25,192 bases of DNA, from assembly GCA_041640635.1 (NCBI GenBank), contig JBEPZX010000018.1, positions 1 to 25,192 on the forward strand. Direction: 5' to 3'. Below, in pieces: positions 1-9,453 of this stretch (positions are counted from its first letter, which is position 1; each line of letters starts with the position of its first letter). Position numbers and translations under genes: made by a program. The notes under the pieces were generated by a model that was given only the letters and a program-made list of their open reading frames with translations, did no database searches and had not been told where the DNA came from. The stretch comes from Aquificaceae bacterium (GTDB taxonomy: Bacteria; Aquificota; Aquificia; Aquificales; Aquificaceae).

Positions 1-1
1 C

Positions 2-985
2 TTCGAATATGAAGAAATGATTCAAAAACTCAGTCCATGGGGTGTAAAGTTTCATTTTTTTGAAAAATCTGGAAAGCTCAGACGCTTCAACGTATCCAAC
101 TACTACAGACTTTGGAAGATCATCAATGAAGGTAATTACCACTTTGTCATAGTAAACTCTCCCCATGCTTTGGATTATGTAAGTGTGGTGCATAGATTCC
201 TAAGAAACAAACCCAAGACTATAATAGTAAAGCGTAACGCTAGAGCTTCCAGCTTCTTATCTCTAAAATTCAAGTATTCCATAGGCGATGTAATTGTTTG
301 CGTGTCTAAAAAAGTAAAGGAGATAATGTTAAAAAGCGGCTTCCCAGAGGAGAAGTTAAAGGTCATAAGAAGCGGCATAGACCTTGAGAGGTTCTACCCT
401 AGAGCTCATGAAAGAGAACAAATCAGAAAAGAATTGGGTATTCCCAAAGATGCTTTTGTTTTTATAAATGTTGCCAATTGGCACCCATCCATGAAAGCTC
501 AAGATTTAATAATTAAAGCCTTTTCTAAACTACCTTGTAAAAATTGCTTTCTCGTAATGGTGGGCTACAAAACGGACACGGAAGGTAAGGCTATTGCAAA
601 ATCACTAGGAGTAGAAGATAGATTCTTAGGGTTGGGATTTAGGCATGATGTAGAAAGAATTTTAGCCTGTGCTGACTGTTTTGTGCTATTCTCCTTTTAC
701 GAAGGATTTCCCAATGCCTTGATTCAAGCTATGGCAGAGGGTCTTGTGTGTATATCAAGCAATATATCTGGTGCGGAGGAAGTTATACAAGATGGCATTA
801 ATGGTTTTTTAGTAGAACCTGGACAAGTAGAAAAACTAAAAGAAATTATGCAAAAAGTGTATGACTTAGACAACGCTAAAAGACAGGAAATTGGTCTCAA
901 AGCGGCCAATACAGCTAAAGAGTTTTCTGTAGAAAACAATGCGCAACAGTATATAGAACTTTTTAAGGATTTGGCACAGAGGTAG
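2..985 (+). CDS. Glycosyltransferase family 4 (GT-B), 5'-partial
   Basis: The frame is open from the window edge (FEYEEMIQK...). GT4 motifs: IVCVSKKV, SGIDLERF, FLGLGFRHDV, EGFPNALIQAMAEG, DGINGFLV. Confidence 0.9.
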   Translation, partial: FEYEEMIQKLSPWGVKFHFFEKSGKLRRFNVSNYYRLWKIINEGNYHFVIVNSPHALDYVSVVHRFLRNKPKTIIVKRNARASSFLSLKFKYSIGDVIVCVSKKVKEIMLKSGFPEEKLKVIRSGIDLERFYPRAHEREQIRKELGIPKDAFVFINVANWHPSMKAQDLIIKAFSKLPCKNCFLVMVGYKTDTEGKAIAKSLGVEDRFLGLGFRHDVERILACADCFVLFSFYEGFPNALIQAMAEGLVCISSNISGAEEVIQDGINGFLVEPGQVEKLKEIMQKVYDLDNAKRQEIGLKAANTAKEFSVENNAQQYIELFKDLAQR

Positions 986-995
986 ATACCTTTCT

Positions 996-2411
996 TTAAG
1001 CTTTCAGCTTTTCCCTTAGGATCTTGTTCACCAATTGAGGATTTGCTTTGCCCTTTGCCAGCTTCATCACTTGACCTACCAAAAAGCCAAATACTTTTTC
1101 TTCTCCTGCTTTGTATCTTTGCACTTCCGAAGTATGATTTACAATTACCTGATCTATAAGTTGGTTTATGGCGCTTTCGTCACTTATCTGCTTTAGACCT
1201 TTCTCCTCTACCACTTGCATTGCTGATTTCCCGCTCAAAAACATCTCTTTTAATACTTCCTTCGCGAGTTTAGAAGATAAGGTTCCATCCTTTATGAGCT
1301 TGATTAACTCTGCAAAATCCTTTGGTGCTATAGGTGATTCTTCTATGCCTTTTTTGTTTTCGTTCAAAAGTCCTAGTAAGTCATTAAGTAACCAATTGCA
1401 AGTAGCTTTTGGATCGTCTGAATAGTGCTTCAGAGATTCTTCAAAAAAATCTCCTACTTCTTTAAAAGTTGTTAAAATTTCTGATTCGTACTCGGACAAA
1501 GCATAAGTCTCTTTTAACCTTTGTCGTCTTTGTTGAGGTAGTTCTGGCATGCTTTCTTTTATCTGGTCTACCCATTCTCTGTTTAGTATTAGTGGTAGCA
1601 GATCTGGATCCGGGAAGTATCTGTAGTCTTCGGCTTCTTCCTTTGTTCTCATTGTATGGGTCAGACCTGTAGAAGGGTCAAAGGTCCTCGTTTCTTGAAC
1701 AATACTTCCACCAGAAGATATAACCTTAATTTGCCTTTGAATTTCAGACTCTATGGCACTTTGAACAAACTTGAAGGAATTTACGTTCTTTATCTCTACG
1801 CGTGTGCCTAAGGTGTTAGATCCTCTTGGTCTTATAGAAACGTTTATATCGCACCGTAGCTGTCCTTTTTCCATATCAGCTTTGGAAACCCCAGTGTAAC
1901 GCATTATATTTCTTAGTTCTTCCAAGAAAGCCTTCGCTTCTTCTGGAGAGTTTATATCTGGCTCTGTTACGATTTCCATAAGTGGCGTGCCAGCTCTGTT
2001 TAGGTCTACGTAAGATTTACCACCTTCGTGTATATTTTTACCGGCATCTTCTTCTATATGTAACCTTCTTATCCTTATCTTTTTTCCGTTAACTTCTAGA
2101 TATCCATCTACTGCAAGTGGTTCTTCATATTGGGATATTTGATAACCTTTGGGAAGGTCAGGATAAAAGTAGTTTTTGCGAGCAAATACAGATTTTAAGT
2201 TTATCTTACAGTTTAGTGCTAAGGCAGCTCTAGTAGCAAACTCTACAGCTCTTTTATTAACTACAGGCAGACTTCCAGGAAGTCCAAGGCACACGGGACA
2301 CACGTTGGTATTTGGATGAGCTCCAAATTCATTAGAACACGAACAGAACATTTTTGTTTTTGTATCCATTTGAACATGAATCTCAAGACCTATAACTGGT
2401 TCAAACTCCAT
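996..2411 (-). CDS. gatB: Asp-tRNA(Asn)/Glu-tRNA(Gln) amidotransferase subunit B
   Basis: [50 protein letters not shown], and C-terminal YqeY-like GFLVGQVMK...GKANP. Confidence 0.98.
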   Translation of the reverse strand: MEFEPVIGLEIHVQMDTKTKMFCSCSNEFGAHPNTNVCPVCLGLPGSLPVVNKRAVEFATRAALALNCKINLKSVFARKNYFYPDLPKGYQISQYEEPLAVDGYLEVNGKKIRIRRLHIEEDAGKNIHEGGKSYVDLNRAGTPLMEIVTEPDINSPEEAKAFLEELRNIMRYTGVSKADMEKGQLRCDINVSIRPRGSNTLGTRVEIKNVNSFKFVQSAIESEIQRQIKVISSGGSIVQETRTFDPSTGLTHTMRTKEEAEDYRYFPDPDLLPLILNREWVDQIKESMPELPQQRRQRLKETYALSEYESEILTTFKEVGDFFEESLKHYSDDPKATCNWLLNDLLGLLNENKKGIEESPIAPKDFAELIKLIKDGTLSSKLAKEVLKEMFLSGKSAMQVVEEKGLKQISDESAINQLIDQVIVNHTSEVQRYKAGEEKVFGFLVGQVMKLAKGKANPQLVNKILREKLKA

Positions 2412-2413
2412 GA

Positions 2414-2427
2414 TATACTAAATTATA
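2414..2427. promoter_or_regulatory. Adjacent divergent sigma70-type -10 boxes for gatB and the MCP gene
   Basis: TATACT on + at 2414-2419 and TATAAT on - at 2427-2422. Each lies 10 nt before its own ATG within an 18-bp intergenic gap. Confidence 0.55.
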
Positions 2428-2429
2428 CT

Positions 2430-4073
2430 ATGGGGAGTTTTAGAAAAAAAGTAAACCTACGTCTAGGGCTTTTGTACGGATTGATCTTTCTAATTGGTGT
2501 CGTAGCACTTTTAATAAGTTCAAGGCAAGTTCTTATAAAAAGCTTAGAATCTAAAGCTCAAGCAGTAGCTGACTCTGTATTTGTAGGTCTCAATACACAC
2601 ATGCTTTTGGGTATTATGGATAGAAGGGCTGTATTCTTTGACAGAGTAAAAGATATTAAAGGAATCGAGGATGTTTACGTGGTGAGAGGAGAAGGGGTAA
2701 TTAAGCAGTTTGGTCCACCATGGGACAGTGAAAAACCAAGAGACGAAGTAGATATTAAAGTTTTAAAGGAGGGAAAAAGTATCTCCGTGCTAAATGAAGG
2801 GGTAGGAACAGCTTTTTATAGACTTACAGTGCCATACATAGCTACATCAAAAGGACGAGTAAACTGCTTGGCTTGTCATGCTGTAAAAGAAGGAGAAGTT
2901 CTGGGAGCAGTAACTGTAAAAATTAACGCTACCAGCGCAAAAATAGAGGAAATTAAGATAGCTCTCTATACTAGCATATTGCTACTTTTGAGTATAGTGT
3001 TTGGTATTCTTTACATGAGTAAGTTCCTTGGTAAGTACACAAGTAGTATAGTTAACTTAAGGGACAAGATAACCAGGGCATCCAGTGGGCATTTCGAAAA
3101 AGTTAGAGACCCAGAATTGAACGACGAAGTAGGCCAAATAATTAAAAGTTACAACAAAACTGTAGAAGAGCTAAACGAAAGTTTCTCAAGTATAGAAAAC
3201 GTCATGAAAAAACTCAAGGAAGGAGACCTTTCTGCAAGTATAGATAAAAAAATGGAGGGTAAGTTCGAAGAAATCAGGCAGTCTATAAACGATGCCCTCT
3301 TTAACTTAAGAAAAGCTCTTGGCGATATAATTAGATCCATATACTTAGCTTATAACGACATTAGAAAAATAGCAGAAAGTATAGACTCTATAAAAGGTAG
3401 AATAGATTCTGACTATCAGGAAACACTTTCCATCAACGACTTTGCAGAAGCTATGCTCAAGTACAGCACAGAGGTAGATAATCAAGCTAATGTTATGAAA
3501 GGATTGTCTGATTCTGTATTTGGTTCCATACAAAAGGGAAGCGAAAACCTAGTATTTCTAGAAGAGGCTATAAGTAAAGTAAAAGAAGCTGGCAACTTCA
3601 TAAACACCTTTGTTAACCAGATAATACAGATATCTGAGCAAACTAACCTTTTGGCACTGAACGCTGCCATTGAAGCAGCTAGAGCGGGTGAGATGGGAAG
3701 AGGATTCGCTGTCGTTGCCGACGAAGTTGGAAAGCTTGCGGAAGACACACAAAACGTAGCAAGATTCATACAAGATAAAGTAAAGGAAGTCATAAATGCT
3801 ATAGACAACGCAGCTAAGGTTACCGATAACACGGTTAATAATTACACCAACATAAAAGAAAGGTATACTGACATAGTAAAGGCTATAGAAAGCATAGTAA
3901 AGGCTATAGAGAAAGAAACCAAGCTAATATCTGATCTAAAGACCAACGTAGAAGCTTTACTTAAAAGCTCCCATGAAAATCTAGAAAGTATCAAAAATAT
4001 TCACGAAGGATCAAATAACGTTAAAAACCTACTCGGTAAGATGGAAAATGAAGTGAGGAAGTTTAATATGTAA
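2430..4073 (+). CDS. Methyl-accepting chemotaxis protein with periplasmic c-type heme (CxxCH) sensor domain
   Basis: Likely start is ATG 2430, because the track start at 2316 overlaps gatB. Architecture: TM1, periplasmic domain with CLACH, TM2, HAMP region ([20 protein letters not shown]...GKFEEI), and signalling hairpin [35 protein letters not shown]. Confidence 0.93.
   Translation: MGSFRKKVNLRLGLLYGLIFLIGVVALLISSRQVLIKSLESKAQAVADSVFVGLNTHMLLGIMDRRAVFFDRVKDIKGIEDVYVVRGEGVIKQFGPPWDSEKPRDEVDIKVLKEGKSISVLNEGVGTAFYRLTVPYIATSKGRVNCLACHAVKEGEVLGAVTVKINATSAKIEEIKIALYTSILLLLSIVFGILYMSKFLGKYTSSIVNLRDKITRASSGHFEKVRDPELNDEVGQIIKSYNKTVEELNESFSSIENVMKKLKEGDLSASIDKKMEGKFEEIRQSINDALFNLRKALGDIIRSIYLAYNDIRKIAESIDSIKGRIDSDYQETLSINDFAEAMLKYSTEVDNQANVMKGLSDSVFGSIQKGSENLVFLEEAISKVKEAGNFINTFVNQIIQISEQTNLLALNAAIEAARAGEMGRGFAVVADEVGKLAEDTQNVARFIQDKVKEVINAIDNAAKVTDNTVNNYTNIKERYTDIVKAIESIVKAIEKETKLISDLKTNVEALLKSSHENLESIKNIHEGSNNVKNLLGKMENEVRKFNM
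3872..3910 (+). repeat. 21-bp-period tandem duplication inside the MCP
   Basis: CATAGTAAAGGCTATAGA at 3872-3889 and again at 3893-3910, encoding [14 protein letters not shown]. Confidence 0.85.
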
Positions 4074-4100
4074 AACCTATAGCCTTTTAAAGTTTAAGAT

Positions 4101-4106
4101 TATAAT
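4101..4106 (+). promoter_or_regulatory. -10 box upstream of the gltD-like gene
   Basis: TATAAT 9 nt before ATG 4116, with no SD sequence in between. Confidence 0.55.
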
Positions 4107-4115
4107 AATAACTTT

Positions 4116-5543
4116 ATGGCGAAAAAGATAAGGTATTTAGATAGAAATACAGAACAGCTTTTGGAACCTAACCTACGAGCTCAAACTTTTAGAGAGTATG
4201 CCCTTGGATTTAGTATAAATGTAGCTTTGGATGAAGCCCAAAGGTGTCTATTTTGTAAAGATGCCGATCAAAGATGCATAAAAGGATGCCCCATAAATGT
4301 GGATATTCCTGGTTTTATAAGGAAAATAACTGAAGGTGATCTAATAGGTGCATATAAAACCATAATACAAACGGATATTTTCCCATCTATATGTGGAAGG
4401 ATATGCCCACAAGAGAGACAGTGTGAAGGCTCGTGTATACTTCACTATGACACAGTAAGAAATAGAAAGAACAAAGGCTTTCCTGTAAGCATAGGAGCTT
4501 TAGAAAAATTTGTAGGAGATTTCATAAGAATCTCAGGCATAGAGATACAAGAGGAGGTTCAAGAATCTACAGGCAAAAAAGTTGCCGTTGTAGGTGCTGG
4601 TCCTGCTGGTTTGGCTTGTTCGTATGATTTGAGAAGGCTTGGACACGAGGTACATGTCTTTGAAGCCTTACCTCAGGTAGGTGGTGTTATGGCTTACGGT
4701 ATACCGCATGCGAGGTTAGATAGAAGCCTGCTTGAGTGGGAAAGAAAAAGATTAGAAAAATTAGGCGTAAGGTTCCTTTTGGGTTATGTTATCGGAAAAA
4801 CAATAAGTTTGAAAGAACTTTTGGGAAAATACGATGCTGTGTTTTTGGCTGTAGGGGCTGGAAGAGGCTCGATAGACATAAAGGGAAGTCATCTTAAAAA
4901 TGTCTATTCTGCAATAGAAGTCTTATACAGGACCCACTTGGCGAATGCAAAGGACTTCCCACAGAGCGCGACTCCTGTAAACCTTGGCAAAAGAACGGCT
5001 ATAATTGGTGGGGGCTTTACCGCTGTAGATTGTGCCATAACTGCCATTAGACTTGGTATAGAAACACACGTGGTTTATAGAAGAACTAGAGAAACATCTT
5101 CAGCAAGAGATGAAGAGTGGGACCATATAATGGAAGAGGGAGCTATCATCCATTGGCTAACACAACCTATAGAGATAATAGGGGATCAAGATGGGAAAGT
5201 TGTAGGTTTAAAATGTATAAAAATGGAGCTAGGAGAACCTGACGAAAGTGGAAGACCCAAACCTGTAGCCATTCCCAATTCTGAACACATTATAGAGTGC
5301 GATTCTGTTATATTGGCAATAGGACAAAAAGCAAATCCCGTAGCTTATCAAGATTTACCTGGATTGGAACTTACCAAATGGGGGACTGTGAAAGTAGACG
5401 AAAACTTTATGACAAGCGTAAAAGGTCTATTTGCCGGAGGGGACGTAGTGAATGGAGGAGATACAGTTGTTAGAGCTCTTTCTCATGGAAGAAAAGTTGC
5501 AAAAAGCATTCATGAATACCTAATGAAGGAGGTAAATAAATGA
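4116..5543 (+). CDS. gltD: NAD(P)-dependent Fe-S flavoprotein, GltD/SudA/NfnB family
   Basis: Fe-S Cys clusters RCLFC...CIKGCP and CGRICPQERQCEGSC, FAD motif VVGAGPAG, NADP motif IIGGGFTAVD...VYRR, and FAGGD. Confidence 0.85.
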   Translation: MAKKIRYLDRNTEQLLEPNLRAQTFREYALGFSINVALDEAQRCLFCKDADQRCIKGCPINVDIPGFIRKITEGDLIGAYKTIIQTDIFPSICGRICPQERQCEGSCILHYDTVRNRKNKGFPVSIGALEKFVGDFIRISGIEIQEEVQESTGKKVAVVGAGPAGLACSYDLRRLGHEVHVFEALPQVGGVMAYGIPHARLDRSLLEWERKRLEKLGVRFLLGYVIGKTISLKELLGKYDAVFLAVGAGRGSIDIKGSHLKNVYSAIEVLYRTHLANAKDFPQSATPVNLGKRTAIIGGGFTAVDCAITAIRLGIETHVVYRRTRETSSARDEEWDHIMEEGAIIHWLTQPIEIIGDQDGKVVGLKCIKMELGEPDESGRPKPVAIPNSEHIIECDSVILAIGQKANPVAYQDLPGLELTKWGTVKVDENFMTSVKGLFAGGDVVNGGDTVVRALSHGRKVAKSIHEYLMKEVNK

Positions 5544-5971
5544 GAAAGGCTTTAATAATTGCAGGTGTTGTACTGGCAAGCATATTTCTATTCAAGGGTT
5601 GCACATCAAGTCCAGAAGATAAAGCGAAAAAAACAGTAAAGGAATTTATTGAGTATGTTAAAGAAGGCGAAGGCAAAGATGCTACAAAGCTTTTGTATCC
5701 TCCTTTTAGGGATGCATTAGCTATGGATTTAAAAATACCTGTTCAGTTAACGGAAATGAAACCTTCCGAGCTTTTGGCATGCGTACTTTCTTCCATGGGT
5801 GAAAATATAAAGAAGGTAAAGATCTTGGACGCCAAAGAAATAGACGAAAAACATGTGGAAATATTAGCTAGAGTGGTTGATAAAGAAGGTATAGACAAGG
5901 TGTTTACCTTTATTTTGATAAAGGATGGAAAGGATTGGAAGATAGCAAGTATATCAAACATTTCTAAATGA
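5540..5971 (+). CDS. Lipoprotein, DUF4878/NTF2-like
   Basis: Signal peptide with lipobox FKG-C, SSPEDKAKKTVKEF, and C-terminal LIKDGKDWKI. SD AAGGAGGT and ATGA overlap with the upstream gene. Confidence 0.75.
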   Translation: MRKALIIAGVVLASIFLFKGCTSSPEDKAKKTVKEFIEYVKEGEGKDATKLLYPPFRDALAMDLKIPVQLTEMKPSELLACVLSSMGENIKKVKILDAKEIDEKHVEILARVVDKEGIDKVFTFILIKDGKDWKIASISNISK

Positions 5972-6903
5972 GCATCCTTATTTGGCAAACAGCTTATTTA
6001 GGGGACGTGGTTTTATCCACTCCCCTTATAAGAACAGTCTTAGACTTTTTTAAAGACTCTCATGTTGCCTTTGTAGGAAGACCTTTTATCAAAGACATTT
6101 TAAAAGGTTATCCGATAGAGTTCATCCCATTTGATAAGACTTTGAAGTCTAGTCTAAAAATCTTAAGCCAAATAAAACATTTTGACATAGCTATATCTAT
6201 GCATAGATCTATGAGAACAGCTCTTATTTTGTATTTTTCTAGCATAAAAACGAGAATAGGTTTTGACAGATCTGAGCTTTCCTTCCTTTATACTCACAAA
6301 GTAAGACACATCTGGGGAATCCATGAAGTGGATAGAAATTTAGAACTCTTAAAGCCTTTAGGTATAAAAGACTTTATAAGAGAACCCAAACTTTTTGTGG
6401 ATGATGAAGAAAGAAAGCGCGTAAAAGAAAAGTTTAGTTTACCTGATGAATTTATAGTTCTTTCCCCTTTTTCTAACTTCACATTAAAAGAGTGGCATAC
6501 AGAAGGCTGGAAAAGAGTTTTGGAGGAAATAAATAAACCAGCGGTAATAGTAGGAACAAAGGAAAGACTAAAGGATTCACAGATTTTTGAAGGTTTTATT
6601 AACTTAGTAGGGAAAACTTCAATAAGGGAATTGATGGCGATAATATCCCTTTCTAAGCTCGTGCTATCTTGTGATTCTTCTCCAGTACATATGGCAAACG
6701 CTTTAGGAGTTCCTGCAGTGTGCGTTTATACGTCCACATCTCCTACATACGGTTTTTATCCTCTTTTGGGAACTTACCTTACCCCTGAGATCTTTTGTTC
6801 CCCTTGTTCCCCCAATCCTAAAAAATGCAAGACGGGCACTTTTGAGTGTTTAAGAAACATTAAGCCAGAAAATGTAATAGAAACTGTTAAAAGCCTTCTT
6901 TGA
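5968..6903 (+). CDS. GT9 family LPS heptosyltransferase (WaaF-like)
   Basis: ILIWQTAYLGDVVLSTP, KEW, NLVGKTS, DSSPVHMANALGVP, and C-terminal CSPC...C...C. Confidence 0.9.
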   Translation: MSILIWQTAYLGDVVLSTPLIRTVLDFFKDSHVAFVGRPFIKDILKGYPIEFIPFDKTLKSSLKILSQIKHFDIAISMHRSMRTALILYFSSIKTRIGFDRSELSFLYTHKVRHIWGIHEVDRNLELLKPLGIKDFIREPKLFVDDEERKRVKEKFSLPDEFIVLSPFSNFTLKEWHTEGWKRVLEEINKPAVIVGTKERLKDSQIFEGFINLVGKTSIRELMAIISLSKLVLSCDSSPVHMANALGVPAVCVYTSTSPTYGFYPLLGTYLTPEIFCSPCSPNPKKCKTGTFECLRNIKPENVIETVKSLL

Positions 6904-6944
6904 AAAAAGGAGGTGTAGCCAGGTAAATATTATACAATAAACTA

Positions 6945-6972
6945 TTGAAATACCAAAAAGGTTTTGTATATT
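6945..6972 (+). promoter_or_regulatory. Putative sigma70 promoter
   Basis: TTGAAA-16 nt-TATATT, ending 7 nt before ATG 6980. Confidence 0.5.
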
Positions 6973-6979
6973 TCCTTAT

Positions 6980-7492
6980 ATGGACTCATCCACAATCCAT
7001 GGCCTTTTGTCCTTATTAGCCAGATTGTTGGAGCTTTTTAACATAGGTGTTATCATACTTTTAGCTAATAAAAACGCACCTATAAGGTATATATACTATG
7101 TTCTCGGTTTGACCGTCTTTAGTGTATCAGCTTTTGTAATTTCCGTACTTATTAAAGGTTTAGCTTTAACCGTATCCTTGATAATAACCCTTTTTGCCTT
7201 TGTCCTTACCGCAATTCTGGCAATAAAAGCCATAAAGAGTCCTTTTCTGGATATAGATATACCAGAAGGTGCAAGATGCTTGGTATGTTCTTCCTTTATA
7301 AAAAGACTCAATGGTGTTACAGCGCTGCAAGTGGAAAATACATTTCTTTTTTTTGACAGTGAGGAACACCTAAGACGTTTTTTACAGGAATTTGAAGAAT
7401 ATACACGAGTTAGGAGACTACAACTAAGAAAAGATAGCATAAAGGGAGCTTACAAATTGCAAGCCAACAGTTGGCAAAGATTAGAAGTTTAA
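6980..7492 (+). CDS. Hypothetical membrane protein with about 3 TM helices and a C-terminal TRASH/YHS-like metal-binding domain
   Basis: Three hydrophobic segments followed by CLVC...FLFFDSEEHLRRF...EEY. Confidence 0.65.
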   Translation: MDSSTIHGLLSLLARLLELFNIGVIILLANKNAPIRYIYYVLGLTVFSVSAFVISVLIKGLALTVSLIITLFAFVLTAILAIKAIKSPFLDIDIPEGARCLVCSSFIKRLNGVTALQVENTFLFFDSEEHLRRFLQEFEEYTRVRRLQLRKDSIKGAYKLQANSWQRLEV

Positions 7493-7493
7493 T

Positions 7494-8108
7494 TTAAATA
7501 CTCCAAACAAGTAGCGTTTTTTTTCTTCCTTTTACCTTATTCGCCGGTATGGGTTCGCCTTTCAAAAGTCTATCTATAACCTGTTTTTTTCCTTTTACGT
7601 AAAAAAGTACCACACAGGATTTGTTTAGATATTCGTAACTCAAGCTTAGTCTCTCAAGACCATCAGGAGACTTGCTGATACACACCTTTTTAGTAACTTC
7701 TTGGCATTCTGTATTTGGGAACAAAGATGCTGTGTGTCCATCTTCACCTATCCCCAAAAGCGCCACATCCAAACTTTCGGGTAAGAGTTGCGAATATGCT
7801 TTGGCACACTCTGTTATATTCAAGTGTGTAGGAAAGGCAAAAATTTCTAAACCACTGTCTTTTATGTTCTTGTAGTTGCTTCTTGGATCATCTAAAGGCA
7901 CATACCTTTCATCGGATAAAAAGGCTTTAACTTTTAATCTTTGGCTCATCAGAGAGTAAGCTCTTAGAGGTGTTTTCCCGCCGGCTAAAGCTAGAAAGAA
8001 TTTTCCTTTTTTTCTCAAAAAGAGTTGCATATACTTGAGTATTAAGCTTGAAACATAAGTATCTGGATCTTTAGGTTGTACCAATCTAAATATACCATTC
8101 TCTTCCAT
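7494..8108 (-). CDS. pgl: 6-phosphogluconolactonase
   Basis: LAGGKTP, DERYVP...SNY, LGIGEDGHTASLFP. Lies downstream of zwf. Confidence 0.93.
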   Translation of the reverse strand: MEENGIFRLVQPKDPDTYVSSLILKYMQLFLRKKGKFFLALAGGKTPLRAYSLMSQRLKVKAFLSDERYVPLDDPRSNYKNIKDSGLEIFAFPTHLNITECAKAYSQLLPESLDVALLGIGEDGHTASLFPNTECQEVTKKVCISKSPDGLERLSLSYEYLNKSCVVLFYVKGKKQVIDRLLKGEPIPANKVKGRKKTLLVWSI

Positions 8109-9453
8109 CTTTTTCTATCAGCTCCTTGGCAGGTGTTGGAATGTCTATACCTTGAGGATATATACTGAGAGGAATGTCAGCTTTCAAAATGGGATCTACT
8201 ATTTCCCACATAATTTCCACTTCATCCCCTCTAATAAAGAGTGAACGATCACTATGTATAATATCAGACAGTAAGGTTTGGTAGGCATCTGGTAACTTTA
8301 TGTTGTAGTAACTTTCAAAGTCAAACTCTATGGATGTTTCTACAGGACAGGCTAAGAACCTACCAGCTGGAGGTCTGATTTCTAAATAAACTGCCATCTT
8401 ATTTTTTGGCGTGCTTTGAAAAACCACCTTATTTTGGTTTGGTTTACAGTCTAAGAGAGAACTAAACATACGCGGTATCTCCTTAAAAACCACTGTTATC
8501 TGAGTGAGCTTTTTGGACAACTTTTTTCCTGTCATCAGATAGAAAGGTACACCCTGCCACCTTAAGTTGTCTATGTAAAGCTTTGCAGCAACAAAAGTTT
8601 CCGTTTGGGAATCTTTAGATACCCCATACTCTTGTATGTATCCTTCGTATCTTGCCTTTACCACATGATCTTTTACCTCGCTGGGATCCATTTTTCTTAT
8701 GGACCTCAAAAGCTTTACTTTTTCGTCCCTTATGAACTCCGCTTCCATACAGCATGGTGGTTCCATGGTAAGAAAAGCAAGCATTTGAAGCAAATGGTTC
8801 TGAAGCATATCTCTAGTAGCTCCAACTTTATCGTAGTATGCTGCTCTCCCTTCTATACCTATGTCTTCTATTCCTACAATTTGCACATGATCTATGAAGT
8901 TTTTGTTCCATATGCCCTCAAAGATCACGTTAGAAAAGCGAAGGGAGAATATGTTCTGAACAGTCTCTTTGCCCAAAAAGTGGTCTATCCTGTAGATCTC
9001 CTCCTCTATGAAGTACCTTTTTATTAGATTATTAAGCTTTTTTGCAGACTCTAGGTCAAACCCAAAAGGTTTCTCTATAACTATCTTACGGGGGTTGGTG
9101 AACTTCCTCAGGAGAGGACCCAGAAACCTTATAGTATCTTCAAAAAGAAAAGGCGAAATTGCCAAGTAGAATATAATCTCCCCTTTTATGTTTTGTATAA
9201 GCTTTTCCAAACTTCTGTGAGACTCTGAATCTTTTACGTCAAAAGGAACAAAGTTACAGAGTTTGCCAAAACCTTGGTCTAAAGAGCACGACACACTTTC
9301 CCATTCTTGCGTAGAAGCCCTAGCCAAAGAGTAAACTTTGTCTAAATTAGGAATCTCCCCTCTTTTGTATAAATTTGCCAGGGCTGGCAAAAGTTTTTTT
9401 CTAGATAGGTCGCCGGTTCCACCTATTATAAAAATACTTACTTTATTGTTCAT
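8086..9453 (-). CDS. zwf: Glucose-6-phosphate 1-dehydrogenase
   Basis: GGTGDLSRKKL, EKPFG, RIDHFLGKETVQN, RDMLQNHLLQ, RWQGVPFY. Confidence 0.97.
   Translation of the reverse strand: MNNKVSIFIIGGTGDLSRKKLLPALANLYKRGEIPNLDKVYSLARASTQEWESVSCSLDQGFGKLCNFVPFDVKDSESHRSLEKLIQNIKGEIIFYLAISPFLFEDTIRFLGPLLRKFTNPRKIVIEKPFGFDLESAKKLNNLIKRYFIEEEIYRIDHFLGKETVQNIFSLRFSNVIFEGIWNKNFIDHVQIVGIEDIGIEGRAAYYDKVGATRDMLQNHLLQMLAFLTMEPPCCMEAEFIRDEKVKLLRSIRKMDPSEVKDHVVKARYEGYIQEYGVSKDSQTETFVAAKLYIDNLRWQGVPFYLMTGKKLSKKLTQITVVFKEIPRMFSSLLDCKPNQNKVVFQSTPKNKMAVYLEIRPPAGRFLACPVETSIEFDFESYYNIKLPDAYQTLLSDIIHSDRSLFIRGDEVEIMWEIVDPILKADIPLSIYPQGIDIPTPAKELIEKDGREWYI

Noticed and set aside
2316..2429. 38-aa N-terminal extension of the MCP in the ORF track
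   Set aside because: It overlaps gatB in antisense. ATG 2430 gives a normal basic N-terminus followed by TM1.
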